Shown piece after piece: positions 8,893 to 18,659 of a DNA stretch of 64,000 nucleotides. Position 1 is the stretch's first letter. Every line of letters begins with the position of its first letter. Both the position numbers and the translations under genes were made by a program. The notes below the pieces were generated by a model. It saw only the letters and a program-made list of their open reading frames with translations, did no database searches and was not told the origin of the DNA. This DNA comes from Candidatus Multivoradales bacterium (GTDB lineage: Bacteria; Acidobacteriota; Thermoanaerobaculia; Multivoradales; JAHEKO01), in NCBI GenBank assembly GCA_965223155.1, contig CBDCVR010000013.1, positions 480,001 through 544,000 of the forward strand, read 5' to 3'.

Positions 8893-9865
8893 CTATCCGG
8901 AACCCTCGGGGACCGCTGCCTGGACCTCCGCGAACCAGCCTCGCGCGGTCTCGACGTCCTTACCGATCTGCGACACCAGCTCGTCCAGAGCTCCAAACGT
9001 GCGCTCCCCGCGCAAACGCGCCAGAAAGTCGATCTCCACCTCGCGGCCGTAGAGATCGTCTTCGAAATCCAGAATGTGACACTCAACGATCGGCTCGCGC
9101 TCCTCATGTAGCGTCGGCCGCACGCCGACGTTCGCGACGCTCGCAAGAGCCGTCCCCTCACCGTCCAGGCGCAGACCGGTCACGTAGACGCCGTTGCCCG
9201 GCAGGATCTCGTTTTCGGTTGCGAGGTTTAGCGTCGGGAAGCCCAGGTCCCGACCCTTCCCCGCTCCGGCCACGACCGTGCCCCGGACCGCATACGGCCG
9301 TCCCAGGAGCCGCTCCGCGGCGGCAACGTCTCCGGCCTCCACCGTCCGCCGGACTCGGGTGCTGGAGATGGGCTCGCCCGCATCCAGGACCTCGGCGACC
9401 CCGGTCACTTTCCGCCCGGCTTCCGCTGCCAGAGCTTGAAGCAGCGCCAGATCCCCGGACCGATCCCGGCCGAAGGCGAAGCGCGAACCCACGAAGATCT
9501 CGGCGAGCGACAGACCCTCGAACAGGAGCTCCCGGGCGAACCGTTCCGGTGACGTTCGGGCAAGAGTCTGGTCGAAGGCCTACCTCGACCAGGCTGTGGA
9601 CTCCCAGCCGCGCCAACAGGTCCCGCTTCTGCGCATCGGTGGTCAACCGGCGGGGCGCGCTCTCCGGCCGCAGCACGGCCAGGGGATGAGGCTCGAAGGT
9701 GACCACGGCGGCGGGAAGACTCAGCTCCCGAGCCCGATCCACGACCCGTTCCAAGATGGCCCTCTGACCGCGATGGATGCCGTCGTAGTTGCCGATGGTG
9801 CCGACCGCATCGGACACCGCCGGAGGCAGGCCGGCCAGGTCGCCGGCTATACGAAGCGTTTCCAT
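8893..9865 (-). CDS. ribF: Bifunctional riboflavin kinase/FAD synthetase, interrupted by a 1-nt frameshift near 9580
   Basis: N-half (GNYDGIHRGQ, TFEPHP) in frame 9158..9865; C-half (FAFG, ISSTRVR, GFPTLN, GVY, NVGVRPT, ECHILDF) in frame 8893..9492; removing one G in GTA-GGCC-TTC restores LVEVAFDQTLARTSPERF. Confidence 0.9.
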
Positions 9866-9882
9866 CCCGCCCGGCTGACTCG

Positions 9883-11283
9883 CTAGAGCGCGCCTCGAGC
9901 CGAACCGGAGGCGAGTCGAGCCTCGGCCGAAACCGGTTCCACGATCCTGCCCACGAGGTCGTCGGCGTGCGCTTCGGTGATCTCGACGCGGGCAAAGCCG
10001 GGAGCCTCGATCGTGCCGTCGTTGATCAGCAAGCGGCCGTCGATCTCGGGCGCCATGCCATGGTGCCGCCCCTCGAGTAGATGCTCGGTCTCGCCGCAGA
10101 CCCCTTCGATCAGCGCCTCGACGGTGCGCCCAACCAGGCGTTGCCGCCGTTCGAGGGCGATCGGCCGCTGCCGCTCGAGCAGGTCGTGCTGCCGCCGTTG
10201 CGCGGTCGGCGCCGGCACCCGGCGCTCGAGCTCCGCCGCGGGGGTGCCCTCCTCGGCGCTATACACGAAGGCACCGAGATGATCGAAACCGGCGGCGGCC
10301 ACGAACTCGAGCAGGTGCTCGAAATGCTCGGCACGCTCACCGGGAAACCCGACGATGAAGGTGGAACGCAGGAAGACGTCCGGCGCAAGCTCTCGAGCAC
10401 GAGCCAACTGCTCCAGGTACCTCTCGGCCGTGCCCCCGCGCTTCATCGCCCGCAGCATCTCCGGATGGGAGTGCTGAAGCGGCATGTCCAGATAGGAGAC
10501 GAAGCGCTCCTCGCTGCCCATGAGGTGCAAGAGCTCGTCGTCGAGGGTGGTCGGGTAGGCATAGAGGAAGCGGATCCAAGGCAGCTCGGTGTCTTCGAGC
10601 AGGGCCTCCACCAACTGTGCCATGCCGTGCCTGCCGTATCCCAGATCCTCGCCGTAGCGCGTCGTGTCTTGGGCCACCAGGCAGAGCTCCAGGGTGCCCT
10701 GCTCGGCCAGCGCGCGGGCCTCGGCGACCAAGCTCTGGATCGTCCGGCTGCGGAAGCGTCCCCGCCAGAGAGGGATCGCACAGAAGGTGCACGGATTGTT
10801 GCAGCCTTCGGCGACCTTCAAATAGCCGTAGCCACGGGTGGTCAGGCGGCGCGGTGCGGTGTGATCGAAGACCACGTGCGATGGCGCGGGCGCTTGCGCC
10901 CGGCCGCCTCCGATTCCGACCAAGTCGCCTACCTGCCGGAGGTCGTCCAGGCCGACGAAGCCGTCGATCTCCGGAATCTCCGCGGCCAGCTCCTGGCCAA
11001 AGCGATTCACCATGCAGCCGGCAACCAGGAGCTTCTCGACGCCGCCGCCTTTGCGCTCGGCGACCTCGAGAATCGCGTCGATCGACTCCTGCTTCGCCTC
11101 GTCGATGAACCCGCAGGTGTTGACGATGACCGTCTGAGCCTGGTCCACGTCCGCCACGAGCTCATGGCCCTGGCGCTCCAGCTCACCCAACATGATCTCG
11201 GAGTCCACCCGGTTCTTGGGGCAGCCGAGGCTAATCAGGCCTACCCGTTCCTTGGCGTCTTTCTTGGGCTCGGAGCTCCGCAT
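9883..11283 (-). CDS. rimO: Ribosomal protein uS12 methylthiotransferase RimO
   Basis: SLGCPKNRVDSE, NTCGFI, radical SAM CNNPCTFC, AQDTTRYG, APEIDG, TRAM domain. Confidence 0.96.
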   Translation of the reverse strand: MRSSEPKKDAKERVGLISLGCPKNRVDSEIMLGELERQGHELVADVDQAQTVIVNTCGFIDEAKQESIDAILEVAERKGGGVEKLLVAGCMVNRFGQELAAEIPEIDGFVGLDDLRQVGDLVGIGGGRAQAPAPSHVVFDHTAPRRLTTRGYGYLKVAEGCNNPCTFCAIPLWRGRFRSRTIQSLVAEARALAEQGTLELCLVAQDTTRYGEDLGYGRHGMAQLVEALLEDTELPWIRFLYAYPTTLDDELLHLMGSEERFVSYLDMPLQHSHPEMLRAMKRGGTAERYLEQLARARELAPDVFLRSTFIVGFPGERAEHFEHLLEFVAAAGFDHLGAFVYSAEEGTPAAELERRVPAPTAQRRQHDLLERQRPIALERRQRLVGRTVEALIEGVCGETEHLLEGRHHGMAPEIDGRLLINDGTIEAPGFARVEITEAHADDLVGRIVEPVSAEARLASGSARGAL

Positions 11284-11339
11284 CGCAGCCGGGAATTCTA
11301 CCAGTCCAACGGACTTGGGCGCGGCGGTAGACTCCGCTC

Positions 11340-12338
11340 ATGCGCGCCCTGGCTTCGCTCTACGGACTCCTGGCCGGGGCACGGGCGCCGGCGTCCTTGC
11401 TCCTCGCCACGGCCCGCGCCATGGCCGCAAGCCGGGCCCGTTCCCTCGCGCTTCGAGAACGCGAGAGCGCCGCCGACCGCGCCGAGAGCAACCGACGGGT
11501 CGATCGGGCTATCCCGGGTCCCTCGGCTCCGAAGAAAGCCGCGCGGGTCGCACCGCCCCCTCCGCTCCCCACCCATGTGCTGGGAGCCCTCGGGTTTCCG
11601 GGCTGCTCGTACTGGCCGCGCTGGGCCAAGGACGTCGACCGCGCCGAGCTCGAGCTCTTCGAGCTCATCGAACGGGCCGCGGGCCTTTCCAGCGACTTGT
11701 CCTTCCTCGAGACGGGGCGCGGCGACGGAGCCTTCGGGCGCTGGTGGCGGACGCGCCACGGGGAAGGCACGATCCAGGTGGCCGGGGCCGCCGGAGCCGA
11801 GTCGGATCCCGGCTCCCGTTCCAGTGGCCCGCCAGACGGGTCGCACCAGCGCTTCGACCGCATCCTGGCTTTCGAGCCCGTCTTCGCCTGGACTGGAGCC
11901 GGATCCAATGGACCCAACGGATCCGACAGCGAGAGCTCTCCCCTGGCCCGCGCGATCCAGGCTCTCCTCGGCCGGCTCACCCCTGGCGGCCGGCTCTACG
12001 TCCAGTTTCCCGCCCACTGGCGGGACGCCTACGCGGTCGAGGCTCACGACCGCTGGATGTTGCCGTGGACGCCTGCCGGAGCCCTCCTACCCGGAGGAGA
12101 CCTCGTCGCCGCCCTCGACGCCGAGCTGGAGCCCCTCTACCGGCGCGAGCTGAGCGGCGAGCACTACGAACGCACGGCCAGGGCTTGGCGTTCGCGCCTA
12201 TCGGGGCCGGAAGGCACGGACCGCGGAAGTCGCGGGAGCGCCCGGATCCGGGCCGCGCTCCTGGCGATCGAAGCCGCCTTCGGCTACCGCGAGGGCCAGG
12301 AGTGGTGGTTGGTGCAGCGGGTGTACGAAGCCCGCTAG
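11340..12338 (+). CDS. Divergent cyclopropane-fatty-acid-synthase-like SAM methyltransferase homologue
   Basis: CSYWP, ETGRGDG (degenerate DLGCGWG), FDRIL, LTPGGRLYV, SGEHYERTARAW, FGYREGQEWW resemble the CFA/CNMT-like family. Confidence 0.65.
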   Translation: MRALASLYGLLAGARAPASLLLATARAMAASRARSLALRERESAADRAESNRRVDRAIPGPSAPKKAARVAPPPPLPTHVLGALGFPGCSYWPRWAKDVDRAELELFELIERAAGLSSDLSFLETGRGDGAFGRWWRTRHGEGTIQVAGAAGAESDPGSRSSGPPDGSHQRFDRILAFEPVFAWTGAGSNGPNGSDSESSPLARAIQALLGRLTPGGRLYVQFPAHWRDAYAVEAHDRWMLPWTPAGALLPGGDLVAALDAELEPLYRRELSGEHYERTARAWRSRLSGPEGTDRGSRGSARIRAALLAIEAAFGYREGQEWWLVQRVYEAR

Positions 12339-12363
12339 CCCTCTCGAGGAGCGCCTGTGCTGG

Positions 12364-14988
12364 TCAGGCGCCGGGCTCGAGTGGGGGCTCGAGCGGGAAC
12401 AGGGTTCCGAGAAGCTCGTCCAGACGCTGGCGCCAGCTCGCCCAGCTATGGCCGTCCGGCACCACGCGCGTGTTGACACCATGCCCCTTGCCCTCGAGGG
12501 CCGCCCGGAGTCGCTCGTTGGCCCCGGCCGCGTCCCAATTCTCGAGCGCGCTCCGCAGATCGTAGGCCCCCCAATCCAAGTAGACGTCGAAGGGCCGCTC
12601 CTCGGCTTCCGGTACCAGCGGATGCACCATGGGGGCGTGCAGAGTCAGCATGAACATCGATTGCGTCCCCAGCTTGCCGAAGCGCTCGGCGTCGTGAAAG
12701 GCCACGGCCGCCGCCACGAGCCCGCCAAAGCCCTGGCCGATCGACGCCCGGCCCGATCGATCGTCGAGCGTTCGATAGGTGGCGTCGATGTACGGAACCA
12801 CGGTCTCGCGCACGAACGTGACGTAGCCCATGGTGGTGCCGGGACCGAAGAACTCACCGCGGCGGCCCACCGGCAGCTCGTCGATGAGCACCGCGATGAG
12901 CGGCCGGACGGCGCTCCCGACCAGGTTGTCGAGGGCGTTCCGAAGCCAATCCAGTTCCTCGGGCCGACCGTGAAAATACGCCACGGGATAGGCCGCATCG
13001 GAGGCGTCGTAGCCGGCCGGCAGATAGACGTGGATGCTTCGTTCGCTAGGAGCCGCTTCGCCCTCGCCGTCGCCACCCTCGGCGGGACCGGCACCAGGCG
13101 GGAGCGGGATCGGGAACTTGGCGGTCTCGATCCTGCCCCGTGGAGCGTTTTCCGGCGGCGGCGCCAGGAATTCGGGATCGGACCAGCCGGGCATCCCGAA
13201 CCAGGATGCCGGGCCGTCCATGGTGGCGGTCACCCGCGGGTTGCGGGGATCCACTTCGGCCTCGGCGAAGTCGACCGAGAACTGGTAGTTGACCCGGGCG
13301 TCGGGCTCGAGCGTCCAGGCCAGATGGAAGAGGTCGGTGCCAGGCAGCCGGTCCAGGGGCACTTCATTGCGCGCCCCGATGAGGTCGCCTGCCAGCGAGA
13401 CGTCTTCGGCTTGCCCGCGGTAGAGGAAATGTACCGTGTCCCCTTCGACCAGAGGGAACTCCTCGATCGAGGCCATGAGCTCGTCCACCAGCGCCGGCCG
13501 CTCGCCGTCGGTGGTACCTTCCAGCTGGGCCTGAAATCGCCGCCAGATCGAATCCTCGCCCGCTTCCGACCCCCCATCTCCAGCATCGGCGACGACCGCC
13601 TGGACGGCGCCCTCTCGGACCTCGAAGGCGACGATCTCGGCCATGCTGCGCGCGAAGATCCGCCCCCTCGCCACGCTCGCCGGTCCCCAGGCCTGGCTCG
13701 AGAACGCATCCACGCCTGAGAGCTCCTCGTAGCCTTCGGGCGCCGCCTTCGCCAGGTGGATCGAGCCCTTCTTGGCCACGATCACGAGGTGTCCGTCCAC
13801 GGCCATCACAAAGCCGTCTCCCGGCCGCCGCGACTTCCAGTTGGTGGCGCCGGTAGCGGCGTCCACGCTGGTCAGGAAGCGGGCGCTGTAGCCGTACAAG
13901 TGGCCCTCGTGAGCGACCGCGGTGTCGTAGGTTCCTCGAATCGAGCCCGAGCTCCAGACCTCCCGCCAGGGAGCCTCGCCGTCCGAGCGCTCGAGCAACA
14001 CCGAGCCAGCCTCCTTATGCGTGAGAAAGAGCCGGTCAGCGGCGATCGGCACCGGGTTCGCCGAGAGTCCGCCCATCGGAGAAGGGTCCCCGCCATGCTC
14101 GTACTCCCACACGACCCGGCCGGAGGCGGACTCGAGCAGAAACAACTTCCGGTCGGCCATCGCCAGCACCCGCGACTGCTCCCCGTCTTGGATCAGGATC
14201 GGAGACTGGTAGTTGATGCCGTCCTCGGCCGCGCGCCAGCGCAGCGCCCCGGTTTCGGCTTCGAAGCCCGCCAGCGCCTGCCCGCCCTCGGAGCCGAAGG
14301 CGACGACGACGATCTCGCCCACGGCGACCGGCGAGCTGGAAAAGCCGTAGTGGGGCTTGACCGCGCCGTAGCCGTCAACCAGCTCCACCCGCCAGACCTC
14401 GGCGCCGCTCGCGGCGTCGAGCGCCATCACCGATCCCCAGGGACCGAGCATGAAGACCTTGCCGGCGTGCACCGCCGGAGTCGCGATGGGGCCGGTGTGC
14501 GAGCCGTCGTGGCCCGGATAGGTCGGCCCGATGACTGTTTGCCAGAGCTTGTCGCCGGCGTCCGCGTCGAAGGCCACGACGAAGTCGGTCTCGCCGTCCG
14601 AGTAGGCGGTGATCGCCCGGCCGTCGGCAACAGACACACTCGAATAGCCCGTGCCCAGGTCCTGCCGCCAGGAGACGGCGAGCTCGGGCTCTTGGATACC
14701 GTCGAAGAGCCCCGTACCGTGAGCGCTGGTGTCCGAGTTCGGTCCCCGCCAGCGACTCCATTCCTCGCCCGAGCCGGGCACTGCCACGCTCAGGATCATC
14801 AGAACGCTCAGCAGACCCGGGAGGCTCAGCGTGCTCCGAAGCCACGGAAGTGCCCGAAACGTCGTCCGGCCGCAGTCGTCTCGGGAATCGGGAGCGTCAG
14901 AGAAGCTCGTGAGGTGCGAAAAGCACCGGGAGTCCGCCTGGGCCTCGCTTCGTATCCGTCCGCCGTACCGATTTCCGAATGCTTCCAT
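12364..14988 (-). CDS. Secreted PQQ-like beta-propeller (BamB-type repeats) fused to a Fes-like alpha/beta-hydrolase domain
   Basis: Hydrophobic signal segment, then WSRWRGPN, GTGYSS, DAxxGxxxW repeats; C-terminal DPRNP, VYLPAGYD, YPVAY, GQGFGG, GHSWASWR; AGGAG SD before ATG at 14988. Confidence 0.8.
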   Translation of the reverse strand: MEAFGNRYGGRIRSEAQADSRCFSHLTSFSDAPDSRDDCGRTTFRALPWLRSTLSLPGLLSVLMILSVAVPGSGEEWSRWRGPNSDTSAHGTGLFDGIQEPELAVSWRQDLGTGYSSVSVADGRAITAYSDGETDFVVAFDADAGDKLWQTVIGPTYPGHDGSHTGPIATPAVHAGKVFMLGPWGSVMALDAASGAEVWRVELVDGYGAVKPHYGFSSSPVAVGEIVVVAFGSEGGQALAGFEAETGALRWRAAEDGINYQSPILIQDGEQSRVLAMADRKLFLLESASGRVVWEYEHGGDPSPMGGLSANPVPIAADRLFLTHKEAGSVLLERSDGEAPWREVWSSGSIRGTYDTAVAHEGHLYGYSARFLTSVDAATGATNWKSRRPGDGFVMAVDGHLVIVAKKGSIHLAKAAPEGYEELSGVDAFSSQAWGPASVARGRIFARSMAEIVAFEVREGAVQAVVADAGDGGSEAGEDSIWRRFQAQLEGTTDGERPALVDELMASIEEFPLVEGDTVHFLYRGQAEDVSLAGDLIGARNEVPLDRLPGTDLFHLAWTLEPDARVNYQFSVDFAEAEVDPRNPRVTATMDGPASWFGMPGWSDPEFLAPPPENAPRGRIETAKFPIPLPPGAGPAEGGDGEGEAAPSERSIHVYLPAGYDASDAAYPVAYFHGRPEELDWLRNALDNLVGSAVRPLIAVLIDELPVGRRGEFFGPGTTMGYVTFVRETVVPYIDATYRTLDDRSGRASIGQGFGGLVAAAVAFHDAERFGKLGTQSMFMLTLHAPMVHPLVPEAEERPFDVYLDWGAYDLRSALENWDAAGANERLRAALEGKGHGVNTRVVPDGHSWASWRQRLDELLGTLFPLEPPLEPGA

Positions 14989-15507
14989 GGTCCAGTTCTC
15001 CTGCCGGGTTGTTCTGGGTTGCTGTGGGGTTCGCGGTAGCGGCCGACGGCCGCGGTTGCCGAAGAGTACCCGATCCCGGCGGGCTCCCGGCGCCGGGTAG
15101 CGGTACGTTTTGGTCCGTCGCCGATCTCGTGGGCGACTGCTAATTTGAAAACGTGCCACTACACGGCGCCGGACCGTCAGCTCCCACGGGGCGCGGTCCG
15201 GTTGCGCCACCCTCCGGCGCCGGCTAGCATCCGGCCACCGAACTGCGACGGGCGGCCCCGACCGCACGACCGGCCGGCTACCATCCGAACGATGGCTATC
15301 GGCCGACGCATCCAGCCGCCCGTGGTAGAAACCCAAGTGGTTACGAGACAAGATTCTTCGATACGAATCCAAGGCGCAAGGAGACTCGATGCGATGTCAT
15401 CGCGAACGGCAACGAACGCGGCAGAGCCGCCCTCATCCCGTCCCCTTGTGCCCGCAATGCCACCGTCTCGCCCTGGATCACCGACTGCTCAAGGAGGACG
15501 AATCGAG

Positions 15508-17124
15508 ATGAAACGCTGGCGCAGCGTCGCCGGGGCCACCGCCGCTTGCTTGACGTGGGCAGTCGTCCCCGTTTCGGCTGCGGCTCCCCAGGTGCACGCC
15601 ATTACCGACGTACGGATCGTGGTCGCACCCGGCCAAACCATCGAGAACGGCACCGTCGTCGTTCGCGACGGCGTGATCGCAGCCGTCGGCTCCGACGTCG
15701 CCGTTCCCGAGGACGCTCGGGTGTGGGAACGATCCGACCTGACCGTCTACCCGGGTCTGATCGAACCCTACGCGACTCGCTCATGGCCGGACAAGGCAGC
15801 GAGCGACGACGAGCCCTCCCCGGGAGCCCACGGCAACGAGATGGTGCGTCCAGAGCGCAGCATGGCGACCTACGGCATCGAGGAATCCCAAGCCAAGAGG
15901 CTCCGGGAGGCGGGCTTCACCACCGCGGTCGTGGCGCCCAAGGAAGGGATCTTTCGCGGCCGTAGCGCGGTGATGAACCTGGGCGCCGGGAAGGCGAACG
16001 CCAACCTGCTCATACCCGACTTCGCGCACAACCTGTCATTCGCCACCAACTCGTTCGGCGAAGGCTACCCGGTCTCCCTGATGGGCGCCATCGCTCTGAT
16101 TCGGCAGACAATCATGGACACACGCTGGCACGGAGAGGCTTGGCGGGCCTACGAAGCGAACCCCGCTCAGAAGCGCCCCCAGCGCAACGCCGCCTGGGCC
16201 GCTCTGGCCGGCGTGGCCGCCGGGTCCGAAACCCTGGTCGTGGACACGGAGGAACCTCTGAACGCCCTGCGCGCCGGCCGGCTGGCGCGCGAGTTCGGCC
16301 TCGATGTGCAGCTCGTCGGCTCCGGCAAGGAGTACCGCTGGCTGGACGAGATCGTCGCGCTGGACACGCCGATCCTGCTTCCCCTGAGCTTTCCCGACGT
16401 GCCCAACGTCCCCGCCGACGGCGAGCCGGACGATCCATCCTTGAGCCTCGAAGACCTGCGCCATTGGGACGAGGCGCCAACCAACCCGAAGGCACTCCTC
16501 GACGCCGGCGCGACCATCGCCTTCACCAGCCACGGCCTCGACGACCCCAAGACCGTCCTGACCAAGGCCTACCTGGCGATCGACCGCGGCGGGTTGACGG
16601 CCGACGAAGCGCTGGCGGCGCTGACCGTGACGCCGGCGGCGCTCCTCGGCATCTCCGGAACCGCCGGCACCGTCGAAGTCGGCAAGATGGCCAACCTCCT
16701 AATCGCCGAAGGCGATCTCTTCGTCGAGGAGCCCAGCCTGCGTGAGGTCTGGGTCGACGGCGAGCGATTCGAGATCAAAGAGGCCAAGCCACCCGAGATC
16801 GAGCCCGCCGGCATCTGGGATCTGACCGTCCTGACTCCGGATGGCCAGAAGCTCCCGGCGACGCTGACGATCGAGGGCACGGTGCCGGATCTTTCGGGCA
16901 CCATCTCCAGCCCCAGCGGCGACGTGGACCTGGACTCGGCCTCGGTGTCCGGCAAACGCCTCGAGATTTCCTTCAACGGAGCCTCCTACGGTATGCCGGG
17001 AACCATCGAGTTGCACCTCGAAATCGAGGGGAATTCCGGAACCGGTAGTGGCACTATCCCCGACGGCAGCAATTTCTCGGTCAAAGGAACCCGCACTCCC
17101 AAGGAGCCGGAGGTGAGCTCATGA
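15508..17124 (+). CDS. Secreted amidohydrolase-fold protein lacking the HxH motif, with C-terminal beta domain
   Basis: AAGGAGG SD; signal peptide; YPGLIEPY, AGFTTAVVAP, GTVEVGKMANL. Confidence 0.85.
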   Translation: MKRWRSVAGATAACLTWAVVPVSAAAPQVHAITDVRIVVAPGQTIENGTVVVRDGVIAAVGSDVAVPEDARVWERSDLTVYPGLIEPYATRSWPDKAASDDEPSPGAHGNEMVRPERSMATYGIEESQAKRLREAGFTTAVVAPKEGIFRGRSAVMNLGAGKANANLLIPDFAHNLSFATNSFGEGYPVSLMGAIALIRQTIMDTRWHGEAWRAYEANPAQKRPQRNAAWAALAGVAAGSETLVVDTEEPLNALRAGRLAREFGLDVQLVGSGKEYRWLDEIVALDTPILLPLSFPDVPNVPADGEPDDPSLSLEDLRHWDEAPTNPKALLDAGATIAFTSHGLDDPKTVLTKAYLAIDRGGLTADEALAALTVTPAALLGISGTAGTVEVGKMANLLIAEGDLFVEEPSLREVWVDGERFEIKEAKPPEIEPAGIWDLTVLTPDGQKLPATLTIEGTVPDLSGTISSPSGDVDLDSASVSGKRLEISFNGASYGMPGTIELHLEIEGNSGTGSGTIPDGSNFSVKGTRTPKEPEVSS

Positions 17125-18659
17125 ACGAACCCCTCAGGACAATCACGGCCCGAATCGGAGGGTTCGCCGCCATCGCGACGGGCCTGGCGCTCGCCCTCGC
17201 CGGCGGCGCCTACGCCGCCACCGGCGATCCTTCGGCTTGGCGCAACCCGACGCCGGACCAGCCGGCGGTGGTTCTGGTTCGAAACGCCACGATCTGGACC
17301 AGCGGCCCCGAAGGCACTCTGGAAGAAGCGGACCTTTTGGTGCGGGCCGGCAAGATCGCAAGCGTCGGCAAGGGCCTCGCCGCACCGGACGATGCCGTCG
17401 TCGTCGACGCAGCCGGCAAGCACGTCACCCCCGGGCTAATCGACGCCCACTCCCACTCGGCCATCAATGGCGGCGTCAACGAAGGCACCAACATCACCAC
17501 CTCCGAGGTCCGTATTCAGGATGTGGTGAACGCCGAAACCGTCAATCTCTACTGGCAGCTCGCGGGCGGACTCACCACCGCCAACCTCATGCACGGGTCG
17601 GCCAACTCGATCAACGGCCAGACCGCCGTCATCAAGCTCCGTTGGGGGGCGTCCCCGGACGAGCTCCTGCTCGACGGCGCTCTGCCCGGAATCAAGTTCG
17701 CTCTGGGTGAAAACCCCAAGCAGAGTAACTGGAACGTCGAAGAGCGACGCTATCCCCAGACCCGCCCCGGCGTCGAACAGTCGATTCGCGAGCGCTTTCG
17801 CGCCGCCGTCGACTACCGCCGCCGCTGGCAGGCGTGGGATGCCCAAAACCGCGGCACGTCCCGGACCTCCCGGCGCTCCGCTCCACGGCCGGCACAGGTG
17901 CCGCCCCGCCGCGATCTCCAGCTCGAAGCGCTGCTCGAGGTCTTGGACGGCGAGCGCGGCATCCAATCCCACTCCTATCGCGCCGACGAGATCATCATGC
18001 TGATGCGGATCGCCGAGGATTTCGGTTTCCGGGTGCAGTGTTTCCAGCACGTCCTCGAAGGCTACAAGGTAGCTGACGAGCTGGCTCGCCACGGTGCCGG
18101 CGCCTCGACTTTCAGCGACTGGTGGGGCTACAAGTACGAGGTGATCGACGCGATCCCGTACAACGGCGCTGTGATGTGGGACCGCGACGTGGTCGTTTCG
18201 TTCAACTCGGACGACTCGGAGCTGGCCCGGCGCATGAACCTGGAAGCCGCCAAGGCGGTTCGCTACGGCAACGTGCCCGAGGACGAAGCGCTCAAGTTCG
18301 TGACCCTGAACGCGGCCATTCAGCTCGGCATCCAGGAGCGAGTGGGCTCGCTCGAAGCCGGAAAAGACGCGGATTTCGTCGTCTGGAGCGGCCATCCTCT
18401 CTCTTCGTACTCGGTGGCCGAGCAGACCTGGATCGACGGCCGCAAGTACTTCGATCGAGCGGCGGACCTCAAGCGCCGGACCGCGGTCGCCGCCGAGCGT
18501 GAGGCGCTGATCGCCCGCGCGCGCTCGTTTCAAGAGGAGCCAGAGGACGAGGAAGAGACCGAAACCGATGAAGAGGCCGACGAGGAGCCCGCCGAGCCGG
18601 ACGAGGAACCGGTCGGTGGCTCTGGTGCAAGCCGGACCGCCTTGGAGGTGAGCCGATGA
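17121..18659 (+). CDS. Secreted metal-dependent amidohydrolase
   Basis: PGLIDAHSH, GIKFALGENPK, HSYRADE, FQHVLEGYK, FNSDD, GSLEAGKDADF; ATGA-coupled to the previous gene. Confidence 0.9.
   Translation: MNEPLRTITARIGGFAAIATGLALALAGGAYAATGDPSAWRNPTPDQPAVVLVRNATIWTSGPEGTLEEADLLVRAGKIASVGKGLAAPDDAVVVDAAGKHVTPGLIDAHSHSAINGGVNEGTNITTSEVRIQDVVNAETVNLYWQLAGGLTTANLMHGSANSINGQTAVIKLRWGASPDELLLDGALPGIKFALGENPKQSNWNVEERRYPQTRPGVEQSIRERFRAAVDYRRRWQAWDAQNRGTSRTSRRSAPRPAQVPPRRDLQLEALLEVLDGERGIQSHSYRADEIIMLMRIAEDFGFRVQCFQHVLEGYKVADELARHGAGASTFSDWWGYKYEVIDAIPYNGAVMWDRDVVVSFNSDDSELARRMNLEAAKAVRYGNVPEDEALKFVTLNAAIQLGIQERVGSLEAGKDADFVVWSGHPLSSYSVAEQTWIDGRKYFDRAADLKRRTAVAAEREALIARARSFQEEPEDEEETETDEEADEEPAEPDEEPVGGSGASRTALEVSR

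Noticed and set aside
15140-15160. TGGCAC sigma54-like -24 elements (minus strand near 15155, also near 8805)
   Set aside because: No GC at the -12 position with the required GG-N10-GC spacing
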